Origin: Ignavibacteriales bacterium
GTDB taxonomy: Bacteria; Bacteroidota; Ignavibacteria; Ignavibacteriales; SURF-24
DNA: 64,000 bases
Reading direction: 5' to 3'
Assembly: GCA_026390815.1 (NCBI GenBank)
Contig: JAPLFH010000032.1
Span: forward strand, 56,904-120,903
In this document: one piece after another, positions 1 through 10,477 of the stretch
Layout of the letters: each line of letters opens with the position of its first letter
Numbering within the stretch: position 1 is the first letter of the stretch
The notes under the pieces: model-generated
The model's input: only the letters and a program-made list of their open reading frames with translations
What the model was told of the DNA's origin: nothing
The model's database searches: none
Position numbers and translations under genes: made by a program

Positions 1-1130
1 TACTTGGACAAGTAGTAATGTAACTAACGTAAAACTTGAGTACACAACCAACAATGGAACAAACTGGAATACAATCATTGCAAGTGTGGCGGCAATACCT
101 GCAAGCTACAACTGGGTAATCCCAAATGCACCTTCAACTAACTGCAAAGTAAGAATAAGCGATGCTGGTGATGCAACGGTAAATGATCTTAGTGATAATA
201 CTTTTACAATTTCTCAAAAGTCGATTAATCTTACTTCTCCAAATGGTGGAGAGAACTGGCGTGTAGGAACTCAACATAATATTACCTGGACGAAGTCCGG
301 ATTCACTTATGTAAAAGTAGAATACACAACAGATAATGGAACAAGCTGGATAGTTATTGATCCGAGTGTTGATGCAACTCTTGGAATGTCCTGGACTGTT
401 CCTAATACACCTTCAGCAAATTGTAAAGTAAGAGTAAGTGATGCCGGTGATGCAACGGTAATTGATCTTAGCGATAATATTTTTACAATCTATCAGCCAG
501 CAGTTACTGTAACTTCTCCAAATGGCGGTGAGAACTGGTTGGTTGGAACTAACCAGAACATTACTTGGACAAGTAGTAATGTAACTAACGTAAAACTTGA
601 GTACACAACCAACAACGGAACAAACTGGAATACAATCATTGCAAGTGTGGCGGCAATACCTGCAAGCTACAACTGGGTAATCCCGAATGCTCCATCAGCA
701 AATTGTAAAGTAAGAATAAGTGATGCCGGTGATGCAACGGTAAATGATCTTAGTGATAATACTTTTACAATTTCTCAAAAGTCGATTACACTTACTTCAC
801 CTAACGGAGGAGAAAACTGGCGTGTAGGAACTCAACATAATATTACCTGGACGAAGTCCGGATTCATTTACGTAAAAGTAGAATACACAACAGATAATGG
901 AACAAGCTGGATAGTTATTGACCCAAGCGTTGATGCAACTCTTGGAATGTCCTGGACGGTTCCCAATACACCTTCAGCAAATTGCAAAGTAAGAATAAGC
1001 GATGCCGGTGATGCAACGGTAAATGATGTAAGCGATGGATTATTTACAATCAGTACTTTACCAGTGCCCGTAATTGCATTAACTTCACCGAATGGCGGTG
1101 AGAACTGGCTGGTTGGAACTAACCAGAACA
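1..1130 (+). repeat. Near-identical tandem nucleotide repeat, period ~561 bp, 2 copies (1-561 and 562-~1130), followed by progressively diverged copies (~1131-1700, ~1800-). The array probably continues upstream of the window.
   Basis: nt 1-130 are almost base-for-base identical to nt 562-690, and 166-560 are almost identical to 721-1130. Each unit encodes two of the ~95-aa domains. Confidence 0.85.
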
Positions 1131-4100
1131 TCACCTGGACGAGTTCTAATGTGAATAATATTAAGATTGAGTACACAACAAACAATGGAACAAGCTGGAA
1201 TACAATCATTGCAAGTGTGGTAGCAACTCCTGCAAGCTACAATTGGGTAATCCCGAATTCTCCATCAACAAACTGCAAAGTAAGAATAAGCGATGCCGGC
1301 AATTCAACTATAAACGATCTCAGTAATAATGTGTTTACGATAACTGCACAACCGACAATTACTATGACAATTGGAAACGTAACTGCGGTAGTTGGTGACA
1401 CAATCCTGGTTCCAATTACTGTATCAAATTTTAATAATATTGGAGCGATTTCTTTAAAGATACAATATAATTCAACAGTACTTACATTTAGTGGTGTGGA
1501 AAACCAGCCAACAACCGGAAACTTTGCAGTTAATGCTTCCAATGGGTTTATTACAATCGGGTGGTTTAATACTACTCCTCTCAATCTGGGAAATTCAAAA
1601 CTCCTAGATCTGAAATTCCATTATAATGGAGGTATTAGTAATCTAAATTTCATTACCACTGAATGTGAAATTGCAAATGTACATGCCCAAACTTTTTTAG
1701 TTGAATACTATAATGGTTCTGTTTCGCAAATATTTAAAGAATTAATAGTAACAAGTCCAAATGGGGGTGGGAGCTGGCAGATTGGTTCTCAGCAGAATAT
1801 TTTATGGACGAGTTCTAATGTGAATAATGTGAAGATTGAATACACAACCAACAATGGATCAACCTGGATCTCGATAATAAATTCAGTTCCGGCTGCTTCA
1901 GGTACTTATACGTGGACAATCCCCAACACTCCATCTACAACCTGTAAGGTTAGAGTAAGTGATGCTGCGGATGCGACGGTAAATGATGTTAGCGATAATC
2001 TATTTAGTATTCCGGCATCAACATCAATTACTGTTATCTCACCAAATGGTGGAGAAAACTGGCTGGCAGGAACAGTTCATAATATAACATGGACAAGCAG
2101 CAACGTGAACAATATTAGGTTATATTGTTCAACTAACGGCGGTGGAAACTGGACATATATAGGAAACACTCCGGCAAATACCGGAAGTTTTAGCTGGACG
2201 ATTCAATCCGCTTCAAGCTCATTAAGTCCTTCGGCTAATTGCAGAATAAAAGCAGCTGATGACGCTAACCTGAGTACCTTTGACATTAGTAATTCAGATT
2301 TTACAATAAGCAAACTGGAGCAGACTATTCCGAATGGTGGTGAAAATTGGGCTGCTGGAACTTCACAAAGTATTCACTGGCTTTATGCATATACGGATTT
2401 TAATAATGTAAAGCTTGAATACACAACAAACAACGGTAGCAATTGGAATGTAATAATTGGCAGTACACCTATATCTGTAAACTCTTATAACTGGACTGTC
2501 CCGAACAATCCTTCTACTCAATGCAGGGTAAGAATAAGTAATCCCGCAAATCCATCACAAAAAGATTCAAGCAATAATGTCTTTACCATATCTTCGCTTA
2601 CTCTTACTTCCCCAAATGGAAGTGAATCATGGAAAGTTGGAACATCACAAAACATTACCTGGAATAGTTCTAACATAGCGAATGTAAAATTAGAATATTC
2701 TACTAACAGCGGTTCAACCTGGATTATAATAATTGCAAGTAACCCTTCAGTACTTGGAAGTTATTCCTGGACGGTACCCATTACGCCATCAACTAATTGC
2801 AAAGTAAGAATTAGTGATGTTTCCAATTCTTCTTATAATGATCTAAGTGATAATACCTTTACAATCTACCAGCCATCAATTGCTTTAACCTCTCCAAATG
2901 GAGGTGAACTTTGGCTTGTTGGTACAACAAAAAACATCACCTGGACAAGCAGCTATATCAGCAATGTTATATTGGATTACTCTAAAGATAATGGTATAAC
3001 ATGGACTAACATCATTAGTAGCGTGCCCGCTTCACCTTCAAATTACCAGTGGACTTTACCAAACATAAATTCAAATATGTGTCTTGTTAGAATAAGCGAT
3101 GCTGGGAATTCTTTAATTTCTGATACTAGCAATAATGTCTTTTCGATTTCAGCACTTCTTGTTACTTTTCCAAACGGTGGTGAAAAATTACAAGCCGGCA
3201 AAACCAAAAATATTTCCTGGTTGAGCACAAATATTGGTTGGTTAAATATCTACTATTCAATAGACGATGCCTTGAACTGGAATTCAGTAGCGTTTAATAA
3301 ACCATCCAGTTCAGGTAGTTTCACCTGGAACATACCAAATACACCATCTGTAAAGTGCAGAGTAAAAATTAAAAATCCGGCTGGGTCTATAACTGATTCC
3401 AGCGATAGAGTTTTCACTATAACTTCATTACAGGTAAGCGCACCCAATGGTGGAGAGAATATAAAACCGGGGGCTGACTTTGCTATTACATGGCAAAGTA
3501 AAAATATCCGGGATGTTAAACTTGAATATACTTCAGACAACGGTGCGCATTGGCAACTTATAGTTGATAAGACCAATTCTGGCGCAGATGGAGGCGGCTT
3601 TGTTTGGCAGGTACCTTCAACTGTAAGTGGTAATTGTAAAATAAAAGTTACGGATAAAGAGGATGATAATATAACAGATGAGAGTGATGCGGTATTTAAT
3701 ATAACACTCAGCAAATTTATCTCTACGGTTGTTCCAACAGGAACTGAAAGATGGTATATAGGAAATACATACCAGATTAAATGGTACAGCATTAATATCC
3801 CCAAGGTAAATATTGAATTTACATCCGATAACGGTGTTAAGTGGGAAAAAATAGTTGATAATATTAATGCTTCTGATCAATTATTTAATTGGAAAATTGA
3901 AGTTACCGTGGAAGGTGAATATAGGATAAGAGTAAGGGACTACAGTGATACTTCTGTTGTTACCGTTAGTCCAAAATTCCGTATAATATTTGTTCCTGAA
4001 ATAGTACTTAGTACTCCTAACGGGGGTGAACACCTTGAAGCAGGTAATGACTTTACAATTAAGTGGACTTCGAGAAATATATCCAGAATTAAAATTCAAT

Positions 4101-7066
4101 CCAGAATAAATAATTATACTGAAACAATTGAGAATTCATACCCGGCAGAGTTAGGTTCTTATGTATGGACAGTACCAATTGAAAATTCAACAAATTGCAA
4201 AATAATCTTAACCGATCTTTATGATGCTGATTTTAAGGATATGAGTAGCAACAGCTTTTCTATTTATGTTCCTCCTTTGAAATTGACATATCCAAATGGC
4301 GGAGAAAATTTTCAAATAGGTACTGAATGTAACATTAAATGGGTTGGTTTGAAAGATCTTGGAAAAGTAGATTTACATTATTCCTTAGATAATGGTTCAA
4401 CTTGGAGTTTAATTGGAACTGCAGATGTAAAAGATTACATATTTAGCTGGAGAGTACCAGATAACCTTTCTAATAACTGTAAGGTTAAAATAGTAGCCAA
4501 GAACCAAAGAAACATTTATGATATTAGCGATGGAATTTTTGCAATCAGTGATTATAGAATAATGGATTGGTATTGGTTAGAGACCGGAACAAATAAAAAC
4601 CTTAATGGTGTTTACTTTGTAAATGATCAAAATGGTTTTATCGTTGGTAATAACGGATTAATCTTATCAACAGCAACTGGCGGTCGTAACTGGAATGTTG
4701 TTTCTTCAGGTGTTACAAATAATCTGAATTCAATTCAATTTATTAATTCTTCTGTGGGATGGATAATTGGTGCCGGCGGGAAAATTCTTAAAACGTCCAA
4801 CAGCGGACTGAACTGGATAACACAAGTATCAGGAGTAACATCAACTTTATTAAGTAACAGTTTTATTAACGAACAGGTGGGTTATGTATGTGGGATAGGT
4901 GGAACAATTCTAAGAACAACAAACGGTGGAAATAACTGGATTCAACAAACTACAGGGATTACTAATAATATTAATTCAATTCATTTTTTTGCCGCAGATA
5001 TAGGCTGGGCAGCGTGTGATAATGGTAAAATTTTAAAAACCACTGATGGAGGCAATACCTGGGTGCAGGAAAATTCTGGAGTAACAGAAAATATAAAATC
5101 AGTTTTCTTTGTTGATGAGAGAAATGGATTTGCCGGAGTTAACCAGAGAGTGAATTTTCTTCTTAAGACAACTGATGGCGGCAATGTCTGGTCAGCTTAT
5201 AACAATCCAACTGTTTACAACTTCAACCAACTTAGATCGATGTATTTTACAAATACAACTACCGGTTGGATTCTAACTGACGATAGATTATTAAAAACTA
5301 CAGATGGTGGTTCAACATTTGAGCAGAGTTATTTCAATCCGACATTTAACTCATTTATGATGTTAAATCCTGGTCTTATTTGGGTAGTTGGTGATGGAGG
5401 AAAGCTATGCAAATATAATTACTTTTATTTTAAATTTACGGCACCTGTAGCAGGAAATAAATATCAATATGGAAATGTATGCACAATTACGTGGGAAAGT
5501 AGTCCTGATTTTGTGGTTCAAGGATTAACGGCTTATAAAGGCGAACAGTTCCTAACAACAATTGGATCAAATGAAAATATGCAAAATGGTTATTTTAATT
5601 GGAATATATCCCCTGGTACCAGTACCAATATTTTAGGCAATAATATCAGGATACAAATTCGTACACATCAACCAGTTTTACACTTAGCTTTTGAGCTGTT
5701 TAGTGATCCGTTCACAGTTAGTATACTACCTTCCTCAACAACATGGGAGCAATTGTTTGGTTTTGATAAATTCGATCATTTTACAGACAGTTATTTTATA
5801 AATGAAAATTTGGGATGGGTAACGACTTATTTTACTAAAGTTTTTAAAACAACTAATGGTGGTTTTAATTGGACTTTTAATAGACTTGTTCCCGAAGATT
5901 ATCCACTTGGGGTATGGTGGTCAAAAACGGTCTGGTTTGTAGATGAGAATAATGGCTTTGTAGGGGGAGGAGGAAGTATAGATAATAATAGAAGTTGTGG
6001 TAGAGGATTTTATGGTAAAACAACAAACGGTGGAAACAGTTGGGATGCAGATTACACAGCAACTTATATATGTGGAGGATATAATGAAGGCTATATAGAA
6101 GATGTGTTTTTTAATGATGCTCTTAATGGTTGGCAAGTTGGGGATGGAATATTAAAACATACAACAGATGGTGGTAACAATTGGCAAAATTATATTTATG
6201 TTTATGACGAATACTATGCTGTTCATAGCCCGGAACCTTCTACTGCATATGCAATAAGATATAGGTGGGATTTTGAATTGGATAAAGGTTTTTGGGAGAT
6301 TGTTAAAACTTCTGATTATGGAAATACTTGGCCTGGTTGGCCAGATAATCCGATCTTTAGATATGATAAACGGTTAAACTCCATATGGTTTATAAATCAA
6401 AACGTTGGCTGGGTAGTAGGGGATAATGGTAAAATTCTAAAAACAATTGATGGAGGAAAAAATTGGGTGTTTCAAAATAGTGGAACTGATCTTCCGCTTC
6501 TTAAGGTAAAATTTGTTAATAGCAGAAAGGGATATATTGTGGGTGGCTATAGCAATTATGAAAATGTGGGTGAAAATGAAAAAGGTATTATTTTAACAAC
6601 CAATACTGCGGGTGAAAAGTGGACTGTGCAAGTTGGAAATATAATGAGATGCTTAAATGATATTTCAATAATTAATGAAAATACTATTTATGTTGTTGGA
6701 GACTTCGGGACCATACTTAAAACAACTAGCGGCGGTGAATTTAGAGTTGATAGTAAAGCAACTGTAATAGACAGCCTATTGCCCGGCTCTTTTAATCTTT
6801 CTCAAAACTATCCCAATCCTTTCAATCCCTCTACAACAATAAATTATGCATTACCAAATGATAGCAGAGTTGAGTTACGTATTTTTAATGTTATTGGAGA
6901 ACAGGTGGCTGAACTTGTAAATGAAGTTCAGCCTGCGGGTTATTACAGAAAGCAATGGATTGCGGAAAATTTATCAAGCGGGATTTATTTATTAAGAATT
7001 GATGCAAAAGCTATTGCTTCCGAAGAAAGATTTGTGAAAACTATGAAAATGATTTTCCTGAAATGA
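1..7066 (+). CDS. Giant secreted repeat protein (5' end outside window) with T9SS C-terminal sorting domain. It has more than 25 tandem ~95-aa beta-sandwich repeats, then a Ycf48/BNR-like beta-propeller region (nt ~4560-6720), then a Por_Secre_tail.
   Basis: Reading frame is open from nt 2; the ORF caller's GTG at 86 is internal. The repeat motif recurs as PNGGENW.VGT..NITW...NVKLEYTT.NG..W..I.....A..Y.W.IPN.PS.NCKVRISD. The middle region has repeated G.ILKTTDGG.TW / TTNGGNNW beta-propeller blades. The C-terminus LSQNYPNPFNPSTTINY...IFLK is the canonical T9SS C-terminal domain. Confidence 0.8.
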   Translation, partial: TWTSSNVTNVKLEYTTNNGTNWNTIIASVAAIPASYNWVIPNAPSTNCKVRISDAGDATVNDLSDNTFTISQKSINLTSPNGGENWRVGTQHNITWTKSGFTYVKVEYTTDNGTSWIVIDPSVDATLGMSWTVPNTPSANCKVRVSDAGDATVIDLSDNIFTIYQPAVTVTSPNGGENWLVGTNQNITWTSSNVTNVKLEYTTNNGTNWNTIIASVAAIPASYNWVIPNAPSANCKVRISDAGDATVNDLSDNTFTISQKSITLTSPNGGENWRVGTQHNITWTKSGFIYVKVEYTTDNGTSWIVIDPSVDATLGMSWTVPNTPSANCKVRISDAGDATVNDVSDGLFTISTLPVPVIALTSPNGGENWLVGTNQNITWTSSNVNNIKIEYTTNNGTSWNTIIASVVATPASYNWVIPNSPSTNCKVRISDAGNSTINDLSNNVFTITAQPTITMTIGNVTAVVGDTILVPITVSNFNNIGAISLKIQYNSTVLTFSGVENQPTTGNFAVNASNGFITIGWFNTTPLNLGNSKLLDLKFHYNGGISNLNFITTECEIANVHAQTFLVEYYNGSVSQIFKELIVTSPNGGGSWQIGSQQNILWTSSNVNNVKIEYTTNNGSTWISIINSVPAASGTYTWTIPNTPSTTCKVRVSDAADATVNDVSDNLFSIPASTSITVISPNGGENWLAGTVHNITWTSSNVNNIRLYCSTNGGGNWTYIGNTPANTGSFSWTIQSASSSLSPSANCRIKAADDANLSTFDISNSDFTISKLEQTIPNGGENWAAGTSQSIHWLYAYTDFNNVKLEYTTNNGSNWNVIIGSTPISVNSYNWTVPNNPSTQCRVRISNPANPSQKDSSNNVFTISSLTLTSPNGSESWKVGTSQNITWNSSNIANVKLEYSTNSGSTWIIIIASNPSVLGSYSWTVPITPSTNCKVRISDVSNSSYNDLSDNTFTIYQPSIALTSPNGGELWLVGTTKNITWTSSYISNVILDYSKDNGITWTNIISSVPASPSNYQWTLPNINSNMCLVRISDAGNSLISDTSNNVFSISALLVTFPNGGEKLQAGKTKNISWLSTNIGWLNIYYSIDDALNWNSVAFNKPSSSGSFTWNIPNTPSVKCRVKIKNPAGSITDSSDRVFTITSLQVSAPNGGENIKPGADFAITWQSKNIRDVKLEYTSDNGAHWQLIVDKTNSGADGGGFVWQVPSTVSGNCKIKVTDKEDDNITDESDAVFNITLSKFISTVVPTGTERWYIGNTYQIKWYSINIPKVNIEFTSDNGVKWEKIVDNINASDQLFNWKIEVTVEGEYRIRVRDYSDTSVVTVSPKFRIIFVPEIVLSTPNGGEHLEAGNDFTIKWTSRNISRIKIQSRINNYTETIENSYPAELGSYVWTVPIENSTNCKIILTDLYDADFKDMSSNSFSIYVPPLKLTYPNGGENFQIGTECNIKWVGLKDLGKVDLHYSLDNGSTWSLIGTADVKDYIFSWRVPDNLSNNCKVKIVAKNQRNIYDISDGIFAISDYRIMDWYWLETGTNKNLNGVYFVNDQNGFIVGNNGLILSTATGGRNWNVVSSGVTNNLNSIQFINSSVGWIIGAGGKILKTSNSGLNWITQVSGVTSTLLSNSFINEQVGYVCGIGGTILRTTNGGNNWIQQTTGITNNINSIHFFAADIGWAACDNGKILKTTDGGNTWVQENSGVTENIKSVFFVDERNGFAGVNQRVNFLLKTTDGGNVWSAYNNPTVYNFNQLRSMYFTNTTTGWILTDDRLLKTTDGGSTFEQSYFNPTFNSFMMLNPGLIWVVGDGGKLCKYNYFYFKFTAPVAGNKYQYGNVCTITWESSPDFVVQGLTAYKGEQFLTTIGSNENMQNGYFNWNISPGTSTNILGNNIRIQIRTHQPVLHLAFELFSDPFTVSILPSSTTWEQLFGFDKFDHFTDSYFINENLGWVTTYFTKVFKTTNGGFNWTFNRLVPEDYPLGVWWSKTVWFVDENNGFVGGGGSIDNNRSCGRGFYGKTTNGGNSWDADYTATYICGGYNEGYIEDVFFNDALNGWQVGDGILKHTTDGGNNWQNYIYVYDEYYAVHSPEPSTAYAIRYRWDFELDKGFWEIVKTSDYGNTWPGWPDNPIFRYDKRLNSIWFINQNVGWVVGDNGKILKTIDGGKNWVFQNSGTDLPLLKVKFVNSRKGYIVGGYSNYENVGENEKGIILTTNTAGEKWTVQVGNIMRCLNDISIINENTIYVVGDFGTILKTTSGGEFRVDSKATVIDSLLPGSFNLSQNYPNPFNPSTTINYALPNDSRVELRIFNVIGEQVAELVNEVQPAGYYRKQWIAENLSSGIYLLRIDAKAIASEERFVKTMKMIFLK

Positions 7067-7087
7067 TAAACTGGAATATAACATAGC

Positions 7088-7123
7088 GCGGCATGCCGCA
7101 ATGGTTGATCCCGCTAGCGGGAT
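7088..7123. terminator. Two adjacent perfect palindromes 3' of the giant gene: gcggcatgccgc at 7088-7099 and atcccgctagcgggat at 7108-7123. Likely terminator or REP-like element; the 16-bp palindrome recurs at 37477-37492.
   Basis: Perfect dyad symmetry read directly. The second copy also lies immediately 3' of a gene (GH20-like, minus strand). Confidence 0.5.
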
Positions 7124-7334
7124 TGATGGATGATATAAAAATTATTTAAAATATCTTGACTTGCCCGAAGCAAGCAGGCACAAAAAACAAAAACTTACAT
7201 GCCAATACTATGGCGGTTTTGTAACGGAATGTTCTTGGATGAACTTTAGACATTTTTTTTATGAAAGGATGGCTTGAGCACGTAACTTTATTGTTCCTTT
7301 ATATATATTCATCCTAAAATAACCCGGGAGTAAT

Positions 7335-7799
7335 ATGAAAAAACATATAATCGTTCTTGCAGGAATTCTATGCTGTGTTTTTGCTTTCTGTTCTACGGGA
7401 CAAGGAATTAATTCTATTTCTAAATCCAAAATAAATTATGAACTAACGATTGGTTCCGGAGGTGGATTTACAGGCGGATACGAAGGGCACTTTATTGATA
7501 GCCTTGGAATTATATATTCATGGAAAGGAATTGCTATTACTGACTCAAATAAAATATTATTTGGAAAACTAAATGATGAACAGATTGAACTTGTAAATAA
7601 ATTAATCGATTCCAGTGATATACTAAATTTAGATTACCGGCATAGTGGTAATATCATTTCATTTATAACTATAAAAAATGATTCTAAAGAATATAAATAC
7701 TCGTGGGTGGGTGTCTCACCGGATGATAATGTTCCCCCAAATCTTAGAAAATTTGATGCGGAGATAAAGCAAATAATAAAACAATCAATAAACAATTAG
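7335..7799 (+). CDS. Small secreted or lipoprotein-like hypothetical protein (154 aa), immediately upstream of the M4 protease with a 3-bp gap.
   Basis: N-terminal signal peptide MKKHIIVLAGILCCVFAFCS. No recognisable catalytic motif. Forms a co-directional operon-like arrangement with 7803..10316. Confidence 0.55.
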   Translation: MKKHIIVLAGILCCVFAFCSTGQGINSISKSKINYELTIGSGGGFTGGYEGHFIDSLGIIYSWKGIAITDSNKILFGKLNDEQIELVNKLIDSSDILNLDYRHSGNIISFITIKNDSKEYKYSWVGVSPDDNVPPNLRKFDAEIKQIIKQSINN

Positions 7800-7802
7800 A
7801 GG

Positions 7803-10316
7803 GTGCTGATCATGAAAAATATTTACAAAATAATTTTATTAGTAATTTTTGTGTTCTGCGGTTCCATTCCAATTAGTGCGGGAATAAAATCTAAAAACCG
7901 AATTGTTAAATTTTATTCACATGATGCAAAGCAAGGATTGAATGTACTGCAAACTAAAATAAATCATAAACTGGAAGTTGAATGGAACAACCAATACTCT
8001 ACTCCCGTATTTGTTGGTGGCAGACTTACTTCTTCCGGCTATGTGGTTAATTCAGATAAATCAATTGATGGAATAAAATTTTTATCAGAAAATAATGAAT
8101 TGTTTGGTTTGAAAAACCCCGCACATGAATTAAAAGCTATTTCTTCTTTTACAGATAATCTGTCAATTACTCATATAAAATATCAGCAGGAAATAAATGG
8201 AGTAAAGATTTTTCACGGACAATTAATTGTTCATATCAATCCGGACGGATCTGTGGAATCAGTTAACGGAAGGTATTATCCAACACCAGATATCAACACC
8301 ACTCCTTTGCTGAACACTTTGAGTGCAATAAATATTGCAAAGAATAAACTTGGTAACTATAAATCAGAAAAAGAATTTGCCGAACTAAACATTTACGATA
8401 AAAACAACACCTTGGTTTTGGTTTATGAAGTTTCACTCCCGTCCTATTACAACCCTAACATGCAAATATTTATTGATGCAAATACTGGCGAAATAATAAA
8501 AATTGATGACGGGTTAAGATACGATGGACCACAAATTGGGACAGGAAAAGGTTTAAATGGGCAGACGAAATCAATTAATACTTACCTTTGGGGTGGTGAT
8601 TATGCAATGATTGATGCTTCGCTTCCAATGTATAAACCGCCGATTGATAGCTTTCAATCTATTGGCTGTATAGTTTCTTTCGATGCTAAAAATGATACGG
8701 CAGGAAATGGTTATATAAAAGCGGTAGTAATTGTGGATCCGAATAATGATAATAACTTTAGCGACAATGAAAGACTAAAAGCAGCAATTGATGCGCATAT
8801 TTATTCCAGAAAGGTTTATGAATTTTACAAATCGCATTTCAACAGAAACAGTTTTGATAACAAAGGAAAATCAATATTAAATATTCTTCATTTTAAAGAA
8901 AATTATAATAATGCCTTCTGGAATGGTGTATGTTTAACATATGGCGATGGCGATGGCGTTCAATATTCTAATTTGGCTGGAGCTTTTGATGTAATTACCC
9001 ATGAAATGACTCATGCTGTAACTAGCAGCACCGCTGATTTGGTTTACGAGAACCAACCCGGTGCAATGAATGAAGCAATGTCCGATGCATTTGGTTGTTT
9101 AGCCGATAGTACAAATTGGTTGATGGGTGAAGACGTCTATACACCCGGTATTCCTGGTGATGGTTTAAGAAGTATGCAGGATCCGCATAATGGAAAAGCT
9201 CAGGGTGATTATAATGATGGATGGTTGCCTGCGCATATGAATGAGTTTGTTAACCTGCCAAATGATGAACAAAATGATTGGGGTGGTGTGCATATTAACT
9301 CCGGAATTCCGAATAAAGCTTTTTATAATGTTGCATCTGTTATTGGACATTGGAAAACCGGTAAGATTTGGTACAGAGGTTTAACTGTTTATCTAACAAA
9401 AAATTCTCGGTTTTCTGATTTGCGAACTGCCTGCACAAATTCTGCAAAAGATCTTTATGGAAGAGGATCAGTAGAATATAACACAGTTGTTGATGCATTT
9501 GATGCCGTAGGTATAACCGGTGGCAGCTCCGGTAATACTGTTGATTTAATTTATGATGATAATAATCCGGATTCCTGGGTTTATGAAAGTGCCGCTAATT
9601 GGGAATTAGCTGTTCGGTTTTCTCCACCTTCGCATAATTCCGAAGTAAAAAAAGTTAGCATTTATATTTCCGGGGATTATTACCAAAGTGGAAACGGTCA
9701 TTTTAACTTAGTTATGTATAAGGCAAATCCATCCACAGGTTTACCAACTTCCATATTAATAAATCCTTACTCGCATACTCCTGCTGCGGTTGGATGGCAG
9801 AATTTTGATTTATCAAACGTAATTGCAGCAAATGATTTTTTGGTAGGATTACAGTATGATGGAATAAATGCTCCTGCACTCGGAGCTGACTTACCTCCGG
9901 GAAATGGAAAAGCTTATGAATTTGATCCAACAAGTAATAGCTGGTATAAGCTTAATTCGCCAAATGATTACACCTTGTTTATAAGGGCAAGTGTAGCAAC
10001 TGCAACCGGCGTGGTTGAAATTGATTCCAGGATACCAGAAAAATTTGAAGTCTATCAGAATTATCCAAATCCTTTTAATCCCACTACATCAATTCGTTAT
10101 TCATTACCGCAGGGAAAAAATGTTGAACTTTTTGTTTATGACATCAGCGGTAAAAAAGTTGCTGAACTTGTAAATAACTTTCAGAACGCCGGTGTTTATG
10201 AAGTTACATGGAATGGAACTGATGATTCCGGTAATCCGGCAGCAAGCGGAGTGTATTTCTATAAAATAAAAATGGAAAATTTTATTCAGACTAATAAGAT
10301 GATGTTCTTAAAATAA
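7803..10316 (+). CDS. M4 family (thermolysin-like) zinc metalloprotease with N-terminal propeptide (FTP/PepSY-like) region, a C-terminal accessory domain and a T9SS C-terminal sorting domain.
   Basis: Signal peptide present. HEXXH occurs as VITHEMTHAV, and the downstream GAMNEAMSDAFG matches the thermolysin third zinc ligand Glu motif (NEAxSD). C-terminus YQNYPNPFNPTTSIRY...KMMFLK. Confidence 0.85.
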   Translation: MLIMKNIYKIILLVIFVFCGSIPISAGIKSKNRIVKFYSHDAKQGLNVLQTKINHKLEVEWNNQYSTPVFVGGRLTSSGYVVNSDKSIDGIKFLSENNELFGLKNPAHELKAISSFTDNLSITHIKYQQEINGVKIFHGQLIVHINPDGSVESVNGRYYPTPDINTTPLLNTLSAINIAKNKLGNYKSEKEFAELNIYDKNNTLVLVYEVSLPSYYNPNMQIFIDANTGEIIKIDDGLRYDGPQIGTGKGLNGQTKSINTYLWGGDYAMIDASLPMYKPPIDSFQSIGCIVSFDAKNDTAGNGYIKAVVIVDPNNDNNFSDNERLKAAIDAHIYSRKVYEFYKSHFNRNSFDNKGKSILNILHFKENYNNAFWNGVCLTYGDGDGVQYSNLAGAFDVITHEMTHAVTSSTADLVYENQPGAMNEAMSDAFGCLADSTNWLMGEDVYTPGIPGDGLRSMQDPHNGKAQGDYNDGWLPAHMNEFVNLPNDEQNDWGGVHINSGIPNKAFYNVASVIGHWKTGKIWYRGLTVYLTKNSRFSDLRTACTNSAKDLYGRGSVEYNTVVDAFDAVGITGGSSGNTVDLIYDDNNPDSWVYESAANWELAVRFSPPSHNSEVKKVSIYISGDYYQSGNGHFNLVMYKANPSTGLPTSILINPYSHTPAAVGWQNFDLSNVIAANDFLVGLQYDGINAPALGADLPPGNGKAYEFDPTSNSWYKLNSPNDYTLFIRASVATATGVVEIDSRIPEKFEVYQNYPNPFNPTTSIRYSLPQGKNVELFVYDISGKKVAELVNNFQNAGVYEVTWNGTDDSGNPAASGVYFYKIKMENFIQTNKMMFLK

Positions 10317-10415
10317 TTCTCGGTTGATTACTGAAAAACTTAATTCGAATATCCTGAAACAAAATCTGTTAAAGAAATCTAAATAAGTTTTTCTGAAATC
10401 TCTTTTATTTAGAAA

Positions 10416-10444
10416 AAGTAAATCCTCAGCTTAGTCCACTACTA
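10416..10444. other. Imperfect 12-bp-stem hairpin (cctcagcttagt-ccact-actaagatgagg), 34 bp upstream of the 10478 start.
   Basis: Read directly from the sequence; there is one mismatch in the stem. No T-run follows on the plus strand. Confidence 0.35.
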
Positions 10445-10477
10445 AGATGAGGCTAAATTCAATTACAAAGGAATAAG

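Noticed and set aside
86-88. GTG at 86 as the start of the giant gene.
   Set aside because: The frame is open from nt 2 and the upstream codons continue the same repeat. The gene is simply truncated by the window edge.
868-6136. Many 60-180-aa ORFs on the minus strand inside the giant + strand gene (e.g. 868..1209, 1237..1584, 3253..3804, 3881..4099, 5921..6136).
   Set aside because: They are antisense to a strongly supported repeat-protein frame. Their composition is low-complexity and mirrors the sense repeats. No RBSs are present.
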